A DNA stretch of 64,000 nucleotides from Octopus vulgaris (GCA_951406725.2 OX597831.1:61008001-61072000), one strand, 5' to 3'. Shown: positions 38,495-52,564, counted from the stretch's first letter. Numbers and translations are program-made. The notes: generated by a model from the letters alone, not told the origin.

Positions 38495-41472
38495 GAAGAG
38501 GGGTGATTACTAATTAGACATCCCTCTTATATATATGATGAACCCTCTTATATATATGTAATATAATCCTCACATTATGTTACATATATATAATCTGAAT
38601 TTTATACATATGAATCTTCAGATTTTTCAATATGCTAGGCCACTGGTTTTAAATTGATATCAATCAAATTAATATTCAATTTTTCGCTTTCATTATTTAA
38701 ATTTATATATATATATATATATATAGTTAACTGATCTATCAACATAGGATTTACAATACAGTACCCCATCCAGTGACAGATAAATATCTTTTAACGTACA
38801 CTGTGCTTAGAATAGGCGCTACTTACCAAAAAGGCCGTAATTTGTGCCTCCATATATCTGTGTATGCGTGCGCGCGTGTGTGTATGGCCTTCTTTGCAAA
38901 TCGTTGGTGGGTCTTAAATGTGACATTCGACATAATCATTAAAAGTGCAGGTGAAGAATCCTAGAATATTCTTAGGTATTGAACCAGGAAAAGTACACCA
39001 CACGAAAAGCAAAATAACTTAAGACATTGCTATTGAAGTTAGAATTTAAAACTAGAATATTTAATAAATGCTCTCTTATTTTATTTATTTATTTATTACA
39101 TTTCAATACTGAAGGAGCTATTTACTTTTAAATTTTCGAGAAAACATTAATTGCCTGCAAGTTTACACATTAAAAATTTGATCTTACAAATTTATTTATT
39201 TAAAGAAATCAGATAACAGCAATTTAAGCAAAATTGACAAATCATTGTAACCCCTTAGTTGTTTTTAAAGAAGGCTAGTGAGTCATTTCTACACGTTGCA
39301 GTCAATTTGCTCATTAGCTTTCATTTTTAAAATATTCTTCTAATTGTAAATAGAAAATTCTTTGTTATCTGATAATGCAAACATTAAAGAAATTAATTCT
39401 TTTGTTTTTTTAGAAATTTTATTTTTATAATTTTCTTTTCTTTTCTTTGCTTTTTACATTTTGAATTACATATATTCTACATGAGAATAATTTTATAACA
39501 ATATTTGTGATTTAAATTTTTGCAGAGTGTTAAGGAAAATTACATTTAAAAAATATAATACTAAATATACAGAAATGTTTTAGATTAACACAAAGTATTT
39601 TTTAAATGAGAAAATTAACTTGAATTAACATAATTTGCAATATAAAGCCAAAATATGCCATAAATTTTTTTTTTAAATGCCATAAAAAGCAAAACACACA
39701 TCACTGCACACACTTTTTGGTGAACAATTTCAGAAATATATTTAACAAATTCTAACTTCAGCAACAATATTTTGAACATTTTTATTCTTGTCCTGTACAT
39801 TTCCCGTTTAAAAACATAAGAATATTATAGCACCCTGTGTCTGCATTTTCAATCTGGTACAGCTTGTTGTGTATTTTTCCAAGTTCAATGCTTAAGAATA
39901 TTCTAGTATTTTGTGCTCGCATTTTTTCTTCTAGCCCACATTTTATAGCAGGTAACGCGTTTAGTATTATAAATTAAATTTCTCTTGATATTTGAAAACA
40001 AAATTATATTATTGTGAATATGTTTCTAAAAAAAAAGATTCGTTCAGACGAAGAAATTTTGTGTGTACCTAAAAATATTGAAGGATTGATAGTAGTATAT
40101 CTGTTGCAAAAACATATCTTTAAAACAATCTCCTGTGGGGGTTTTTTATGCGTGATTATTTTTTAGAAATTTTAATATGTTTTCACTGCGTACATATTTC
40201 AATAAATATACAAAATAATAAAAACTAATATGAAATTATTAAATGTTGTAACATTTTTTACGCTTTCATATTTTTAAACGGGATTTTAACCCAAATATTC
40301 GTCTCAATGATCTCTTAAATTTTAGCTCGAATAATATTTTTATCTTAGAAAGACAAAAATATTTTGATTTCTTAAAATTATCACCTTTCTCGTCATTTAA
40401 AGTCACACAACATTTTGTTGCAAATATGATTTGGCAAGGTTTTCACCATAAGATTCTTCTTATAGAACTCTGTCGTCTGAAGTAAATTCCAAACGCAGAA
40501 TCTCTGCGAAAACAGCTCTGAATATTGACTAAATACCCTCAGAAAAGAGAAGAAAGTGGCCAGCAAGCCACTATAGAGAACCGAACTCCCTTACATCTCA
40601 ATCTGCGATTAAGGACACTGAGCTATTAAACAAGGCAGCCCTTGACAAAAATAGGTCTTGTATAGCGCTAGATATTTTGATTTGTTAAAATGATCATCCT
40701 TTTTTTCTTTCGTCACTTAAAGCCGCACCACATTTTTATAACAAATATTTTTTTACGAGGTTTGCACCATAAAATTCATTTTGTAGACTTCTTGTATTTG
40801 AACACAGCTATTGTATAATGTATGATTTCCTTTTGCAATAGCTGGGTTATTTTGATTCAAAGGCAGTTTTGTGGAACTGCTTATCATTTTTTCGTCACTA
40901 AGTTTTTCAGGAGATTTTCACGAAAAGATTCTTCTCCATGAGCACATTCTTTTAAACCTAATTAATCTATTAATCTATAGATTTCTGTTAAAATAACTTA
41001 AGTATTTTGAATCAAAGTCAATTTTTTGCCTTACTTTCTCACTTTTGACCTCACATAATTTGACCAAACTTTTTTCAATGATCCAAATTTCAGTTATTTT
41101 ATCTCAAAATGTAACATTAAACATGAGCTTATTTGTCAAAGATAAACGCATTTAATTTGGTTTATAACTAAATTAATGATGAGACCTAGACGTTCTTGAT
41201 AGGAACTAACAGTTGGTCTTAAGAATATATTCACCCATGGCAGTGAGTGAATGATATACCCAAGTACAGCCACTGAAACACATAAACGCGTATAGATAGA
41301 TATGTGTTCCAGGCAGTAATCAATATGCATGTACGAATCAGTTACCAGAGACGTGTTTAATATGTAAATCGGAACATCCAATAGTGTTACAGTGAGTATT
41401 TAAGCAACGCATTCGTGGATATTATCTAGTTTGGAAGTGGTGCTGAAAACGAAGCAATAAATCCTGAAATAC

Positions 41473-41573
<101 letters not shown>

Positions 41574-41596
41574 TATATATATTGTGTGTGTGTGTG

Positions 41597-41635
<39 letters not shown>

Positions 41636-41673
41636 CATATATATATACACATATATATATATATATATATATA

Positions 41674-41982
41674 TCACCGTGATCACCGTGACCAACCAGG
41701 CTATCAGATGTTGCTACATATCGCTGGTCACAATGCACTTGGCATTGTTTTAGCCTTCAAATGACGCCACCCCGCTGGCTAAGCGAGCAGGCCAACAGAA
41801 GAAAAATGAGTAAGAGAAAGTAGTGGCGAAAGTATACTGCAGGTATCGCCACCCACCTGTCGGAGCCGTGTGGAGCTTTTAGGTTTTTTCACTCAATAAA
41901 CACTCACAACGCCCGGTCTGGGAATCGAAACCGCGATCCTACGACCGCGAGTCTGCTGTCCTAAACATTGGGCCATTGCGCC

Positions 41983-41985
<3 letters not shown>
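41674..41985 (-). mobile_element. tRNA-derived SINE (family C)
   Basis: Minus strand ggcgcaatggcccaatgtttagg...ggtttcgattcccagaccggg; lies between (TA)n and (CA)n. Confidence 0.85.
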
Positions 41986-42038
<53 letters not shown>

Positions 42039-44119
42039 AATATATATAGACAAGTGCATGCATATAGTTAAATGCCTTATTCTGGCAAATATATATTCAT
42101 GCTTATTCCTCTTTAAGAAAATCTGTTTATTAACGTAAGGCAAAAGGGGGAAATGCCAAACGACTACATTGGAAGATTTAATAGGATTCGTATAAGACTA
42201 GATTTGTTCAATTCCTTCGGTTCAAATCATGCAAATGTTGACTTCGTCTTTAACACTTTCAATTTTTCTTGCTGCTATATTATTGATTGGCGGTAGCTCA
42301 ATCTTCATTGAATAGATCTCAGATAAATACTATTCAGTCATAACATCGTCAAATCTTTTATTTTATCAGTCATAATGTATCAAGATGTTCCTCATACAAT
42401 ATAACCAATGATTTATAAGCTGTTAGGAATGCAATGTGCAGGACGTTTGCCTAGTGTTTTCGGCAGATTGGGTGACCAGTTAAACATGAAGAAGCTGCTG
42501 TCGTAGGTATACCAGAATGTTATTTATGATCTGTGACATGTTTAACCATGCATACCATATTACTAGTATTTATTTTACCAGCAAATATATTACTAGTATT
42601 TATTACAACGAGTCAGGAGGAAAATTAATATCAGTAGTGTTACTGTATTACGTGTTCCAACCTGATTGCTATGGGCATACTAAGGCAACGCTATAATAGA
42701 TTTTATTTAAGATATGCGAATAAAACAAATCAATATCATTACCTATGTCATTATATTGCGCAGGAAGAATTTTTAGTACCTAATGAAAGTAACCTACATT
42801 TTGGAACTTTTCGTCTTATTTTCAATAATATTGTCTCAGTCCAATCAAGTTTGATGTATACTTTCTGAGTTTGATATTGGTTTCTTTCTCGTTTTTCTTA
42901 TCAGATCAGATAAGATTTTTTTTAATAACAACAAAAATATATTCGAAAAAACAAAAACAAGGAAAAATATTTTTCAAGATTTTATTATTCATTTCAGAGT
43001 TCGTTCATGTCTTTTTCAACAACCAAACATCATGCTATTGTTCCACTTGTCTTGATATCTGTCTACCATTACCATAATGTCTTTCTGAAAGTATTTACTT
43101 TACTTTCTTTTTTTATTTCATTGACACAGTTTCCTGGCAAACAAGGGAGATGCAAATATAGGCAGCACAATTTTATATTTTTCCTGCTTCTTCTACAATT
43201 GATGAAATCTATCAATCACGTTTTCTACTAGTTGTGTCTAATCTAGGTTTTCTCATTTCCATACAAATTCTAGGACAACATATTTAAATGCTTGCCAGTT
43301 TTCTAAATAAACATCAGATAAAGTGTTTCCAAAATTGACATTTTTCATCAGTTCTCCAACGAAAATGCCAGATTTTGATTTTGCTTCAATAATAGATGGG
43401 AACATATAGCACCACTATTGAAATGCTGCTCTTTTATGATTTAGTATTTTTTTCTAGATAGTTTGCAAATATCTTATATATGTACGTTGAGTGCTGCTAC
43501 GTAAAATTATTCTTTGACTTATAAGAAGTACAAATGTAATTCTTAACCTTTACAAATTTGTCATTTTGAAAGTATTAGTATATTTTTCTCCATAAAAAAT
43601 GTGTTTATATTAGACACTAGGAAGAGACACTATGGAGATATTTCATCTGTTCTAGAAAAAGCACACAATCTCTCTCCAATCTCACTCCGTCCTCTACATA
43701 TATTAGAAGGCAGCAGACACTGTATTTTTGCAAACTCTTAATATTGACTAAATATATAGAATAATTTTAGTATGAGCATTTTTTATATATGTGGTCAAAT
43801 ATGGATAGCATTGAACTACACAAAAACCCCAAAATATATTTTTTAAATATTTGTACCATTCCACAGTAGGTTTATTATTTCCTTTATCTCGAAGAATCAT
43901 ACACAAAATACTAGAAAAAAAGAATGGTTTAACACAATAACGCTGCGTTTACATTTAACTTAGTTGAATCAAAATGCATAATTCAATAATTTTGTAGGAA
44001 TTAACATTTTTTTAATGTTTTACTGGCTTAACCAGATAATGGAGAACAGTAATCATGATCTATTTCAAAAATTTCTGAGTGGAGAGATGAAATAAATGGG
44101 AATACTCTCAGATCACTAG

Positions 44120-44278
44120 GGCGGCGATCTGGCGGCTGAATTGTTAGCACGCAGGGCTACACGATTAGTGTCATTTCATCAATAAAATAAGTACCAGTTG
44201 AGCACTGGGGTCGATGTAATCTATTTACCCACCTCTCCTGCACTTGATGGCCTTGGGCCAAAATTTGAACTCAATATT
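44120..44278 (+). mobile_element. degenerate, internally deleted SINE family A variant
   Basis: ggcggcgatctggc...aagtaccagttgagcactggggtcgatgtaat...ggccttgggccaaaatttgaa. Confidence 0.7.
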
Positions 44279-44545
44279 CTTAGACCACTAATTTCACCTG
44301 GATGTACAGCTACTGGCACTTAAAAGGCTTGTAATGGTAATTGATTGGGAGAAAGATTTAGTCTACAACTCTCCAACTCGTGCAAGATATCCGTCGAAAT
44401 TCTTCTCAGTTTCTATTCATGAAATTTCATTCAAAATCTTAGATTTTTCTGAGACAAAGTTAGAAGACCGCTGCACATGATGTTTCAGATTGCGACTAAA
44501 TCTGACACCGTGTAAGAACAGTGTAATGAAACGTTGCATCTCTCA

Positions 44546-44760
44546 GCGATGCAGGCTTGGCTCTGCGGTACGAATCTTACTTCCCAACCATATGGACCGG
44601 GGTTCAGTTCCACTACGTGACAAGTTCAGCTGTTATAGCCATGGACCGATCAAAACCTTATGAGTGGATTTAGTAGACGGAGACTGAAAGAAGCCCGTTC
44701 GTGTATGTGTGTGTGTGTGTACGTGTGTGTACGTGTGCGCGCGCACGTGTGTGTGAGACC
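44546..44760 (+). mobile_element. degenerate SINE family E, 5' half
   Basis: gggttcagttccact...gagtggatttagtagacggagactgaaagaagccc. Confidence 0.75.
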
Positions 44761-45235
44761 ACCTGGCACTTTCATGATTCAGCAATTTCGCTATACTGAT
44801 CAATAAATTATCCAAACAATGATGTTTACATCATTTTATAATTTCTATTCAAATGCCACCCAAGTCTTCTATTCTTTCTATAATTTCACGGTCGATAAAC
44901 TAGACATCAATGTCAATACGAACAACTTTAACCAAGGATTTTAACTAAGCGTGGTTACAATCTAATGAGTGAAACCATTAAAAGAATAATATAATATATT
45001 GTGATAATATTTACATGACTTTGTATATCTAGAACATTTTCCATTTATTTTACCTTAAACAAAACTGTTAGAAATACCGCTAATAAGAAAATGCATAATT
45101 TATTACGATAAATATATTTTGAATAATGGTTCAGTGTTGATTCTTTATAATCTAGCAATAATATACAAAATCAGATTAAGCCACAACACATGCGCACACC
45201 GATAGTAGCAGTCAAAAGCATACATACTCACACAC

Positions 45236-45283
<48 letters not shown>

Positions 45284-45314
45284 CAAGAAAAAAGCAACAA
45301 GAATGGATCGGTAG

Positions 45315-45401
45315 CTTAGTACAATTGTTTCATACTATAAACATTTTATTTAAAGCTGTAAATATTACAGCAAATATAATGTTAAGTATTCTTCAGCTAA
45401 A
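45315..45401 (-). ncRNA. type I hammerhead ribozyme, intact core, palindromic stem III
   Basis: UUUAG-CUGAAGA-AUACU(long hairpin)AGUAU-GAA-ACAAUUGU-A/CUAAG. Confidence 0.8.
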
Positions 45402-45931
45402 TTTCATATAGGTTTTCCAAACATCTTAGAGAGTGTAAATATCCTTATGCAGTTATAGGGGTGAGTTCCATGAATTTGAAGTAATGATAAAAGTTGGTGA
45501 AACTTATAAGAATTTAAGATTCCTTCTACACTGACCTAGATTTTCTGTCACCACAGATATAGTCTGACCTTTCTTTGTAGTATCTTTATTCCTACTTACA
45601 TCCCCATTATATTTTTCTCCTGCTATCCTTTGCTCTAGCTACACCTACCTCGCTGTCTTTCATGCTACTATAGAATTTGGTCTGCAACAGTTAGATGCGA
45701 ACTTAACCGTAGTCTGACCGGCATGTCTCCTCATGTTTCTTGGAACTTATATCCACATCTTTATGATTAGATTTATCTTCTCTGGAATGTCAACAATTAA
45801 TTAAAAAATTTTGTATTATTGGAAAACATATACAGTCTTCTTGGAATATTACTTCAAATTCATGGAACTCACCCCTATAACTTCATAAGGATATTTACAC
45901 TCTCTAAGATGTTTGGAAAATCTATATGAAA

Positions 45932-46018
45932 TTTAGCTGAAGAATACTTGACATTATATTTGCTGTAATATTTACAGCTTTAAATAAAATGTTTATAGTA
46001 TGAAACAATTCTACTAAA
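45932..46018 (+). ncRNA. type I hammerhead ribozyme, second copy with a G>C change in stem III
   Basis: UUUAG-CUGAAGA-AUACU...AGUAU-GAA-ACAAUUCU-A/CUAAA. Confidence 0.7.
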
Positions 46019-46148
46019 ATACCGATCCATTCTTGTTGCTTTCTTCTTGGTTATAATCACCCCACATAATTTTATGGTTAATACCATAAAAAATTCTGGT
46101 GCATCTAAGTTAAGTACCATATTCTTTTGAATCTAAATTGTTTTGCTG

Positions 46149-46187
<39 letters not shown>

Positions 46188-46299
46188 GTACATATCGAAC
46201 AATGCAAATGAGTGTGTAACACTGTATTGTTGGACAAAGGTTGTTTATTTATATATATATATATGCATACATATATATATACATCGAAGTATGAACAGT

Positions 46300-47327
46300 A
46301 ATTTATATCTAAAAATAGTGGTTGGCATACATATATAACTTTTTGTATATGTTGAAATTCCATAATTGAATAAAATAAATCAGTCCAATAGAAAATGAAT
46401 GATAAAGCAATTGCCAAGATATGAATACTTCTCCATAAGAGTCATGTCGGACCTCTAATGACACAGGTTTTAATATGAATGGATGTCCAGGAGTCAAGTA
46501 ATTACGTGACAATCAGTAATAGGAATTGGTGTTTAGTTCAGGTTTGTATTTTTGGATGAAATATGTTTCTTTGCTGAATCGAACTTGCGTAGAAGACCAG
46601 TCAGCAAATTTAGATAGAGGGAAAATAGTGAATTTAGGTTCTTTGTTTCGTACATACGTCGATATGTTCACTGAGATAAATTTGGCGGTATTGTGATGAG
46701 AGTATCTGTTGACGATGCACCGTACAACGTTGACGGATAGAATTCCCCGTGCTACCGATATAGTCTTTCTGGCAGCCCGAGCATCTGATTACGTAGATCA
46801 GATTTTGTGATGCACAAGTGAAATTTGATTTAATGGTAAAGTGTTGCCTGTGTTTAAAATAGTATTCTGACCCTTCCAAAAGGTTGGGGCATGTACCACA
46901 TTTGGGGCGATTACATTTTTTCTTTTATTTTAGGGCTTGTTGTTAAGGGGAATAATTTTGCGTTTGTTAGCAGTTTCTTTAGTGACTTAGGTTGTTTGTT
47001 GCTTTTGCCAATTCTAATGTCACGTAAAATTCTATTTATTTTGGGGTCCTTGTGTAGTATTGGAAGGTTTTGTATAAATGTGCTGAATGCTTCTTTGTTT
47101 CTGGGGTTGTATGTGGAAATGTATGGTAGTGTTTTAAGGAGAGGTTTGTTAATGTCTTTAGTTTTACTTAATGTCTCGGTGTCGATAGATTTAGCACGTT
47201 TTATTCCTTCATTAATGAGTTGGATTGGGTAGTGTCTATCCAGGAGGACGTTTTTCAGTTCTCGTAGTTTTAAATCTCTATTTTTTCCCTCTGAGACAAT
47301 AGTGCAGCCAAATCTCTCTTTAGACAC
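46300..47327 (-). mobile_element. 5'-truncated Penelope-like element: RT thumb, Cys linker and GIY-YIG endonuclease
   Basis: LLDRHYP..LI; LPYISTYNP; KQPKSLKKLL; CNRPKCGTC; FTCASQNLIYVIRCSGCQKDYIGSTG..RQR..H; KETYFIQKYKPELN. Confidence 0.9.
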
Positions 47328-47814
47328 ACCCTTTTATCAAAAGAATGACACAGGTTTACACTATTTCAGGTAGAAAAATGTATGCGATGGGTTTGCTACA
47401 CCAGAGGTAACTTTGGGCTAAGCAAAACACAAACATACTACACATCAAAAGATTATCTACTAAATAATACTAATAAAGTTGATAGTACATCTTCGAAGTT
47501 TTATTCCCTGGTAAAAATATTTCTCATTATGCTCTATCTAAACATTTTCTCACTATGCTCCATCTAAGGTTGCCTCCCTTACCTAAAAAACCCAAAATTG
47601 TGCGACCCAACCGCTTGTAATATAAAAGAGTTGTGCAAGACATACTTCATATCGTAGCCGAAGTATTACTCAATCTTTTGATACCACATACTACAAGTTG
47701 GCAACTCAGTTTTCGATTCCGTAAGGAACATACCCCACCCTCACGCACACATACCCATACACATACACAAACACACACAAATAACTGCTCTTTTATTATA
47801 TAAGATATACATAT

Positions 47815-48090
47815 ATATCAGCTCTCTCCTCTTCCGATCACTTCAGCCATATAGACACACCCGTGCTTTACTCGAGCTATTCTTTCCCTTCTCTCCGGAC
47901 ATTTCCCCTTTTCCCTTTTCTCACGGAGAGCTATACTCGAAATGTCACACCCACTCTTTTATCCACCTGAAACTGAGCGTCAACCGAGTATATTGCATGT
48001 ATATTTCCTTTGACTTTGTTGTTTTTTTTTGTTTTTTTTTTTCCTTATTCACCAATATTTGTGGGGCGCGACGTGTGTGTGTGATGTGCT
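47815..48090 (+). mobile_element. decayed pLTR-like repeat with a degenerate minimal hammerhead (47920-47946)
   Basis: CTCACGG-A-GAG-ctata-CTC-GAAA-TGTC in a C/T-rich context. Confidence 0.4.
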
Positions 48091-49304
48091 TCTTTCATTT
48101 TATAGTGATCTGCCAGGGAATATGTTACAAGAAACTTGCGGAAGATTCCTCGAAGTGAAACAGAACCAGAAGCTCCATGGTTATGAAACGAACGTCTTAA
48201 CGATACGGCAATGCGAGATTATATTCGTATGTGAGTGTCTGTGCGTGCGTGAGGATGTGGGAGTGTGTGTGTGTGTGTGTGTTTGTTCAATAGGTTAAAA
48301 TGAATACGAAGTTTAAACACTCTATGCCAAAAATTTCCTTTGTAAAATAGAAAGGCCGTCTTCAAAGAAATCAACATTGATGCAGCCTACTATAATATAT
48401 ATTCTTCAGTAAAGAAAAAGAAAAATAAGAGTGAATATGAGTTGGGCTTTTTGTTTTGTTTGTTTTTTGTTTTGTTTTGTTTTTCTTGTCTTTTTGCATT
48501 TTAAATAACTACTATATCTCAACACCAACATAATTAGGAATCAATACAGTAGTAAATATAGTATCCAATATGATTGATTCAGTGAAACTTCCCACTCTAG
48601 GTTTACTGTTCATTAAAACAATATTTTCAATAGCACTGTTCACAGCTTTGAGTGTTGATAATAAAGAGAGCCACAAAAATGTGTTTTATTTACTATAACT
48701 ATGAATAGGAAACTGTCCTTTATTATGTCCAACTAAAAATATCTTTACTGTACATAAAGACGGCATCAAAAATTGCCAAGTTATAGATTTTATGACCGCT
48801 ATTGTTGTTTAGCCCAAGATTAGCACTGATCAGAAATATGATCAAAATCATGCGTGGTATAATCTTACCCATTTTCACAAAAAGTCTACCGTGAACATTA
48901 TCCCAAAGGTCTCCATTTTTTTTTTTTTTGTAAAACTTATTGGTGATTGGTTTAGAGAAGTTTTGGCTGTGATTCCGAGCAGTTCAAACAACAATGTTGA
49001 AACTGCGCTTTTGGTTCATTTCCAACAGCTATTTAAAGTGTTGTGACAGCAAGGCACCACGGCTGCATGGGATAATATATATACATAAACACACACACAC
49101 ACACACATCTATATAGATAGAGAGAGAGAGACAGAGAGACGGACAGGCAGGCAGGCAGATAGACAGAAAGAGTTATAGACGGGATAACCAAAGAAAGTAT
49201 TCCATCGAGTTACAGAAAAAAAATCATTTAATATGCACGATTTACAAAAGAGCATCTAATAGTTCCATGCTTTAGAGATACAATAAATTAGCAGATTTGT
49301 ATAA

Positions 49305-49971
49305 TACTAGCGAGACCCGTGAATATTTCACGGAAATAATGGTAAACTTATTAGGTTATTTCTGCAAACTTTATCCAAAAGGTCTGAAAGTGTCGCCTGT
49401 GTTGTGTCTGTATCAAAAGATAGTCGCTCATCTGCTATCAATTATAAAGGGAAGGAAACTAGAATATGATGATTATTTAATGCACTTTATATATACAGTT
49501 TATATATTTCATTCACAATTTTACAGACTTAATACACAGCACTATGCCTCTTTGTCTTTCATTCGTTACCCTTTTCACTCTTTTTATTTTCTGTCTTCGC
49601 CTTTCTCTTCAAGTAATCACGTGAACGCGTTACAGACGGGCTAAGTAACGGAGGGAAAACTTACTTCAAAAAATTTAATTGCCCATTTTACTCACAACCA
49701 CCACCTCCCCCATACATTCCCCCTCCACGTTCCTGCCCTCTACACACCCTCCCCTCCACATATTATCCCTTCCCCATCTCATCCCTTCCACATTCCCTTC
49801 CCTTCCACCTCCCTCCCCGCATCCGCACCCTCCTTTCTCCTCTCTCCATTCCATTTCTCAACCTGTCCTCTCTTTCCCCCTCTCCTCTCTTTCCCGACGC
49901 CTTCAACTTATCATGTGAAAGCGTTACGGACGGGCTAAGTAACGGAGAAACAACCAGAATTATTATAAGAT
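49305..49971 (+). mobile_element. non-autonomous Helitron/Helentron-like element with an internal 33-bp direct repeat
   Basis: Begins taactagc..cccgtgaatatttcacgg (hairpin) and ends ttattataagat; gtgaa.gcgttac.gacgggctaagtaacggag occurs at ~49621 and ~49915. Confidence 0.55.
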
Positions 49972-50459
49972 GTCATATCTCTCCAAGCAATTTTTCAGGC
50001 TCAGTGCGTATCGTTAGATGTATTTAAAAACCACGAGGCTGGTCTGTGAGAAACCTGAGAAGAAATAGAGAAGAAAAAAGGCTTAGAGAAGAAAAAAGGA
50101 TTTGATGCAAAAATTGGAACAAGAAAAGAAAGAAACAAAAAATATGATCTTCATCTCCTTTTTTTGTAGAAGACAATTAAACTAGCAGAAAAGAGGTCAC
50201 AGTATGTGAGGTGTCATCTAGTTCGACAAAAGAAACAAATCAATGTTGGAAACCCTGTACGTAAAAATAATGTACAATTCAGGTACGTATAATTTGCATA
50301 CCTTTGATCTATTTATATATGTAGGTTACCGGCACGTCTGAAGGCGGAGTAAGTTGAGTTGGGGAAAACGGTGAAGGTGGTAGGACCGTATTGGAGACGA
50401 TGAAAATCCCGCAGAATGAAGTGGTAGGGTGAATGGATGAGAAAGGAGAGTACAGTGGA

Positions 50460-50640
50460 TATATGTATGTGTGTGTTTTTTCCTTCCAGCACTTGACAAC
50501 TGTTTTTGGTGTGTTTACATCCCTATATTATAGCGGTTCGGCAAAACACACCTATAGCATAAGTACAACACTTTAAAAAGCAATCGTGTCGATACATTCG
50601 ACTAAAACGTCTTGAAGGCGGTGCTCCAGCATGACTAAAA
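50460..50640 (+). mobile_element. degenerate SINE family E, 3' half
   Basis: cttgacaactg..ggtgtgtttacatccc..tagcggttcggcaaaa..ggtgctccagcatg. Confidence 0.65.
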
Positions 50641-51554
50641 GCAAGATAATGGATAAAATACATACGTATGTACGTAAATGCATGGATACATACATACATT
50701 CATACATGCATGCATACACACATACGTACATTCATACATACATACATACATACATGCATACATATATGCATACATATACTTATATACATATTTATACTTA
50801 TTTACATACATAAATATATATATATTAATACATACATACATATATGCATACATATACTTATATGCATACATATTTATACATGCATATTTATACTTATATA
50901 CATACATAAATATGCATATTTATACATACTTGCATACATACATATTCAGATAGCTAGACTGATACAGTAGAAAAATGTGAAAGTGTTAACATTATTTTAT
51001 GAAGGCAATAAACAAAACACAAAGATGAATGGCATCAAAGGAGGTGGGATTTTTAACAAATATTGTATTAGCTTAACTCTCAAATTAAAGGTTAATAGTA
51101 ATAGCTTTTCGGATGCTGGTCTTTCATCAAGAAAAAGTATAGAAAACAAGTAAAAGAGGCGTGCCGATGATTAAAAGTGGTTGAGAAGAAAAAGAAATTC
51201 TAGGTGCATGTGGTAATGTGGAAAGTGGATGTAATTGGATTAAGAAAGGAAGATGATATGAGTGTATGTGTGTATTTGTGTGTGTGCGTGTGTATGCATG
51301 TGTTTGTGTGTGTAGAAGTGTCCCCGTGTTTTGAAGTGAGCAAAATGTAGTGTACTGATGTATGGCTTTGTGATACGTACACATATGTGTGCAAGTACAA
51401 AATATAGTGGCTTGAGGTAATGGAGTGGGGTGTTATTGTGTGTCGGCAATCGTTAAGAGTTAGATGAAAGTGTCGAAAGAGATTCGAGCGGGTTTAGGTG
51501 TAAGGTGAGACAGAAGAGGAATGTGGGGGTGATGGAAATGTAAGTAGGCCTATG

Positions 51555-51858
51555 TGGAGGCACATGGCCCAGTGGTTAGAGCAGCAAACTCGCGGTCGAG
51601 GGATCGCGAGTTCGAATCTCAGACCGGGTGATGTGTGTGTTTATGAGCGAAATAGGACCTAAGCTCCACCCGGCTCCAGCAGAAGATAATGGCGAACATC
51701 TACTAACTCTTTCGCCACAACGTTCTCTCACTCTTTCCTCCTGCATCTTGCAGCTCACCTGCGACGGACCAGCGTCCCGTCCAGGTGGGGAACCTATACG
51801 CCAAGAAACCGGGAAACCAGCCCTTATGAGCCAAGCATGGATCGAGAAGGAACAAACA
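51555..51858 (+). mobile_element. SINE family B, full length, 13-bp TSD
   Basis: Box A tggcccagtgg, box B gagttcgaatc; TSD aagtaggcctatg at 51542-51554 and 51859-51871. Confidence 0.92.
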
Positions 51859-52564
51859 AAGTAGGCCTATGAATGTGAGAAAGTGTAATGTGAGAGAAAG
51901 TTCCCCTCAAAAGACGAGGGGTGTGAAAGAGGGCACAATACAACGCTGTCCAAGAATTAAATACATTCTAAGAGGGGAGAAATCTAGTGCCGCATGTGGA
52001 GGAGCAAAAGGAAATCGGGAGTAATGAATGTAAAGCATATAAATAGGAGAAAACGAAAAAGAAGAGAAAAGAGAAATGAAAACATAATGGAAATGAAGTT
52101 CATACAGCGCCACCAACACCACATTTCTTCAACCATGCGCCAACTCATCTCCCTTCCCTCTCCCCGATGCCTTCAATCTCAGCGATTGCATCTTCCTTCC
52201 CTAAGCATATATACCCTTATCCAAATCGATAAAGCTTCACCATTATCTCTGCTTGTAACTGACACCACTGGAAACGTCATCGTCTAATCCAACATCCCTT
52301 GCATCCCTTGTTGCTGATCTGTCCTCCCAAATTTCACAGCCATCAGGCTTGCAATATCATCTACCCTTTTCCTTCGTTATACATGCATATATACTTACGT
52401 CTGTCTACCTGCCTGCCTGCCTGTCCGTGTGTATGTATATATGTATGTATGCATGTGTGTGTGTTTGTGTGTGTATCTACACACACACAGATACGACAGA
52501 AGTAAATAGACAGGCTTATAACCATTAAAATTTATTTAAATCTGGAATTATATATACAAATTAT

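Larger units (their letters stand above)
45281..46152. mobile_element. Penelope-type pLTR insertion with a ~205-bp inverted duplication (45281-45485 / 45848-46052) in (TA)n
   Basis: The arms are near-identical reverse complements and each carries a hammerhead. Confidence 0.75.

Noticed and set aside
46425-46465. GUCAU/AUGAC and AGAG/CUCU pairings 3' of the second Penelope ORF as another permuted hammerhead
   Set aside because: Both core motifs are non-canonical and the linker is essentially zero; a simple hairpin explains it.
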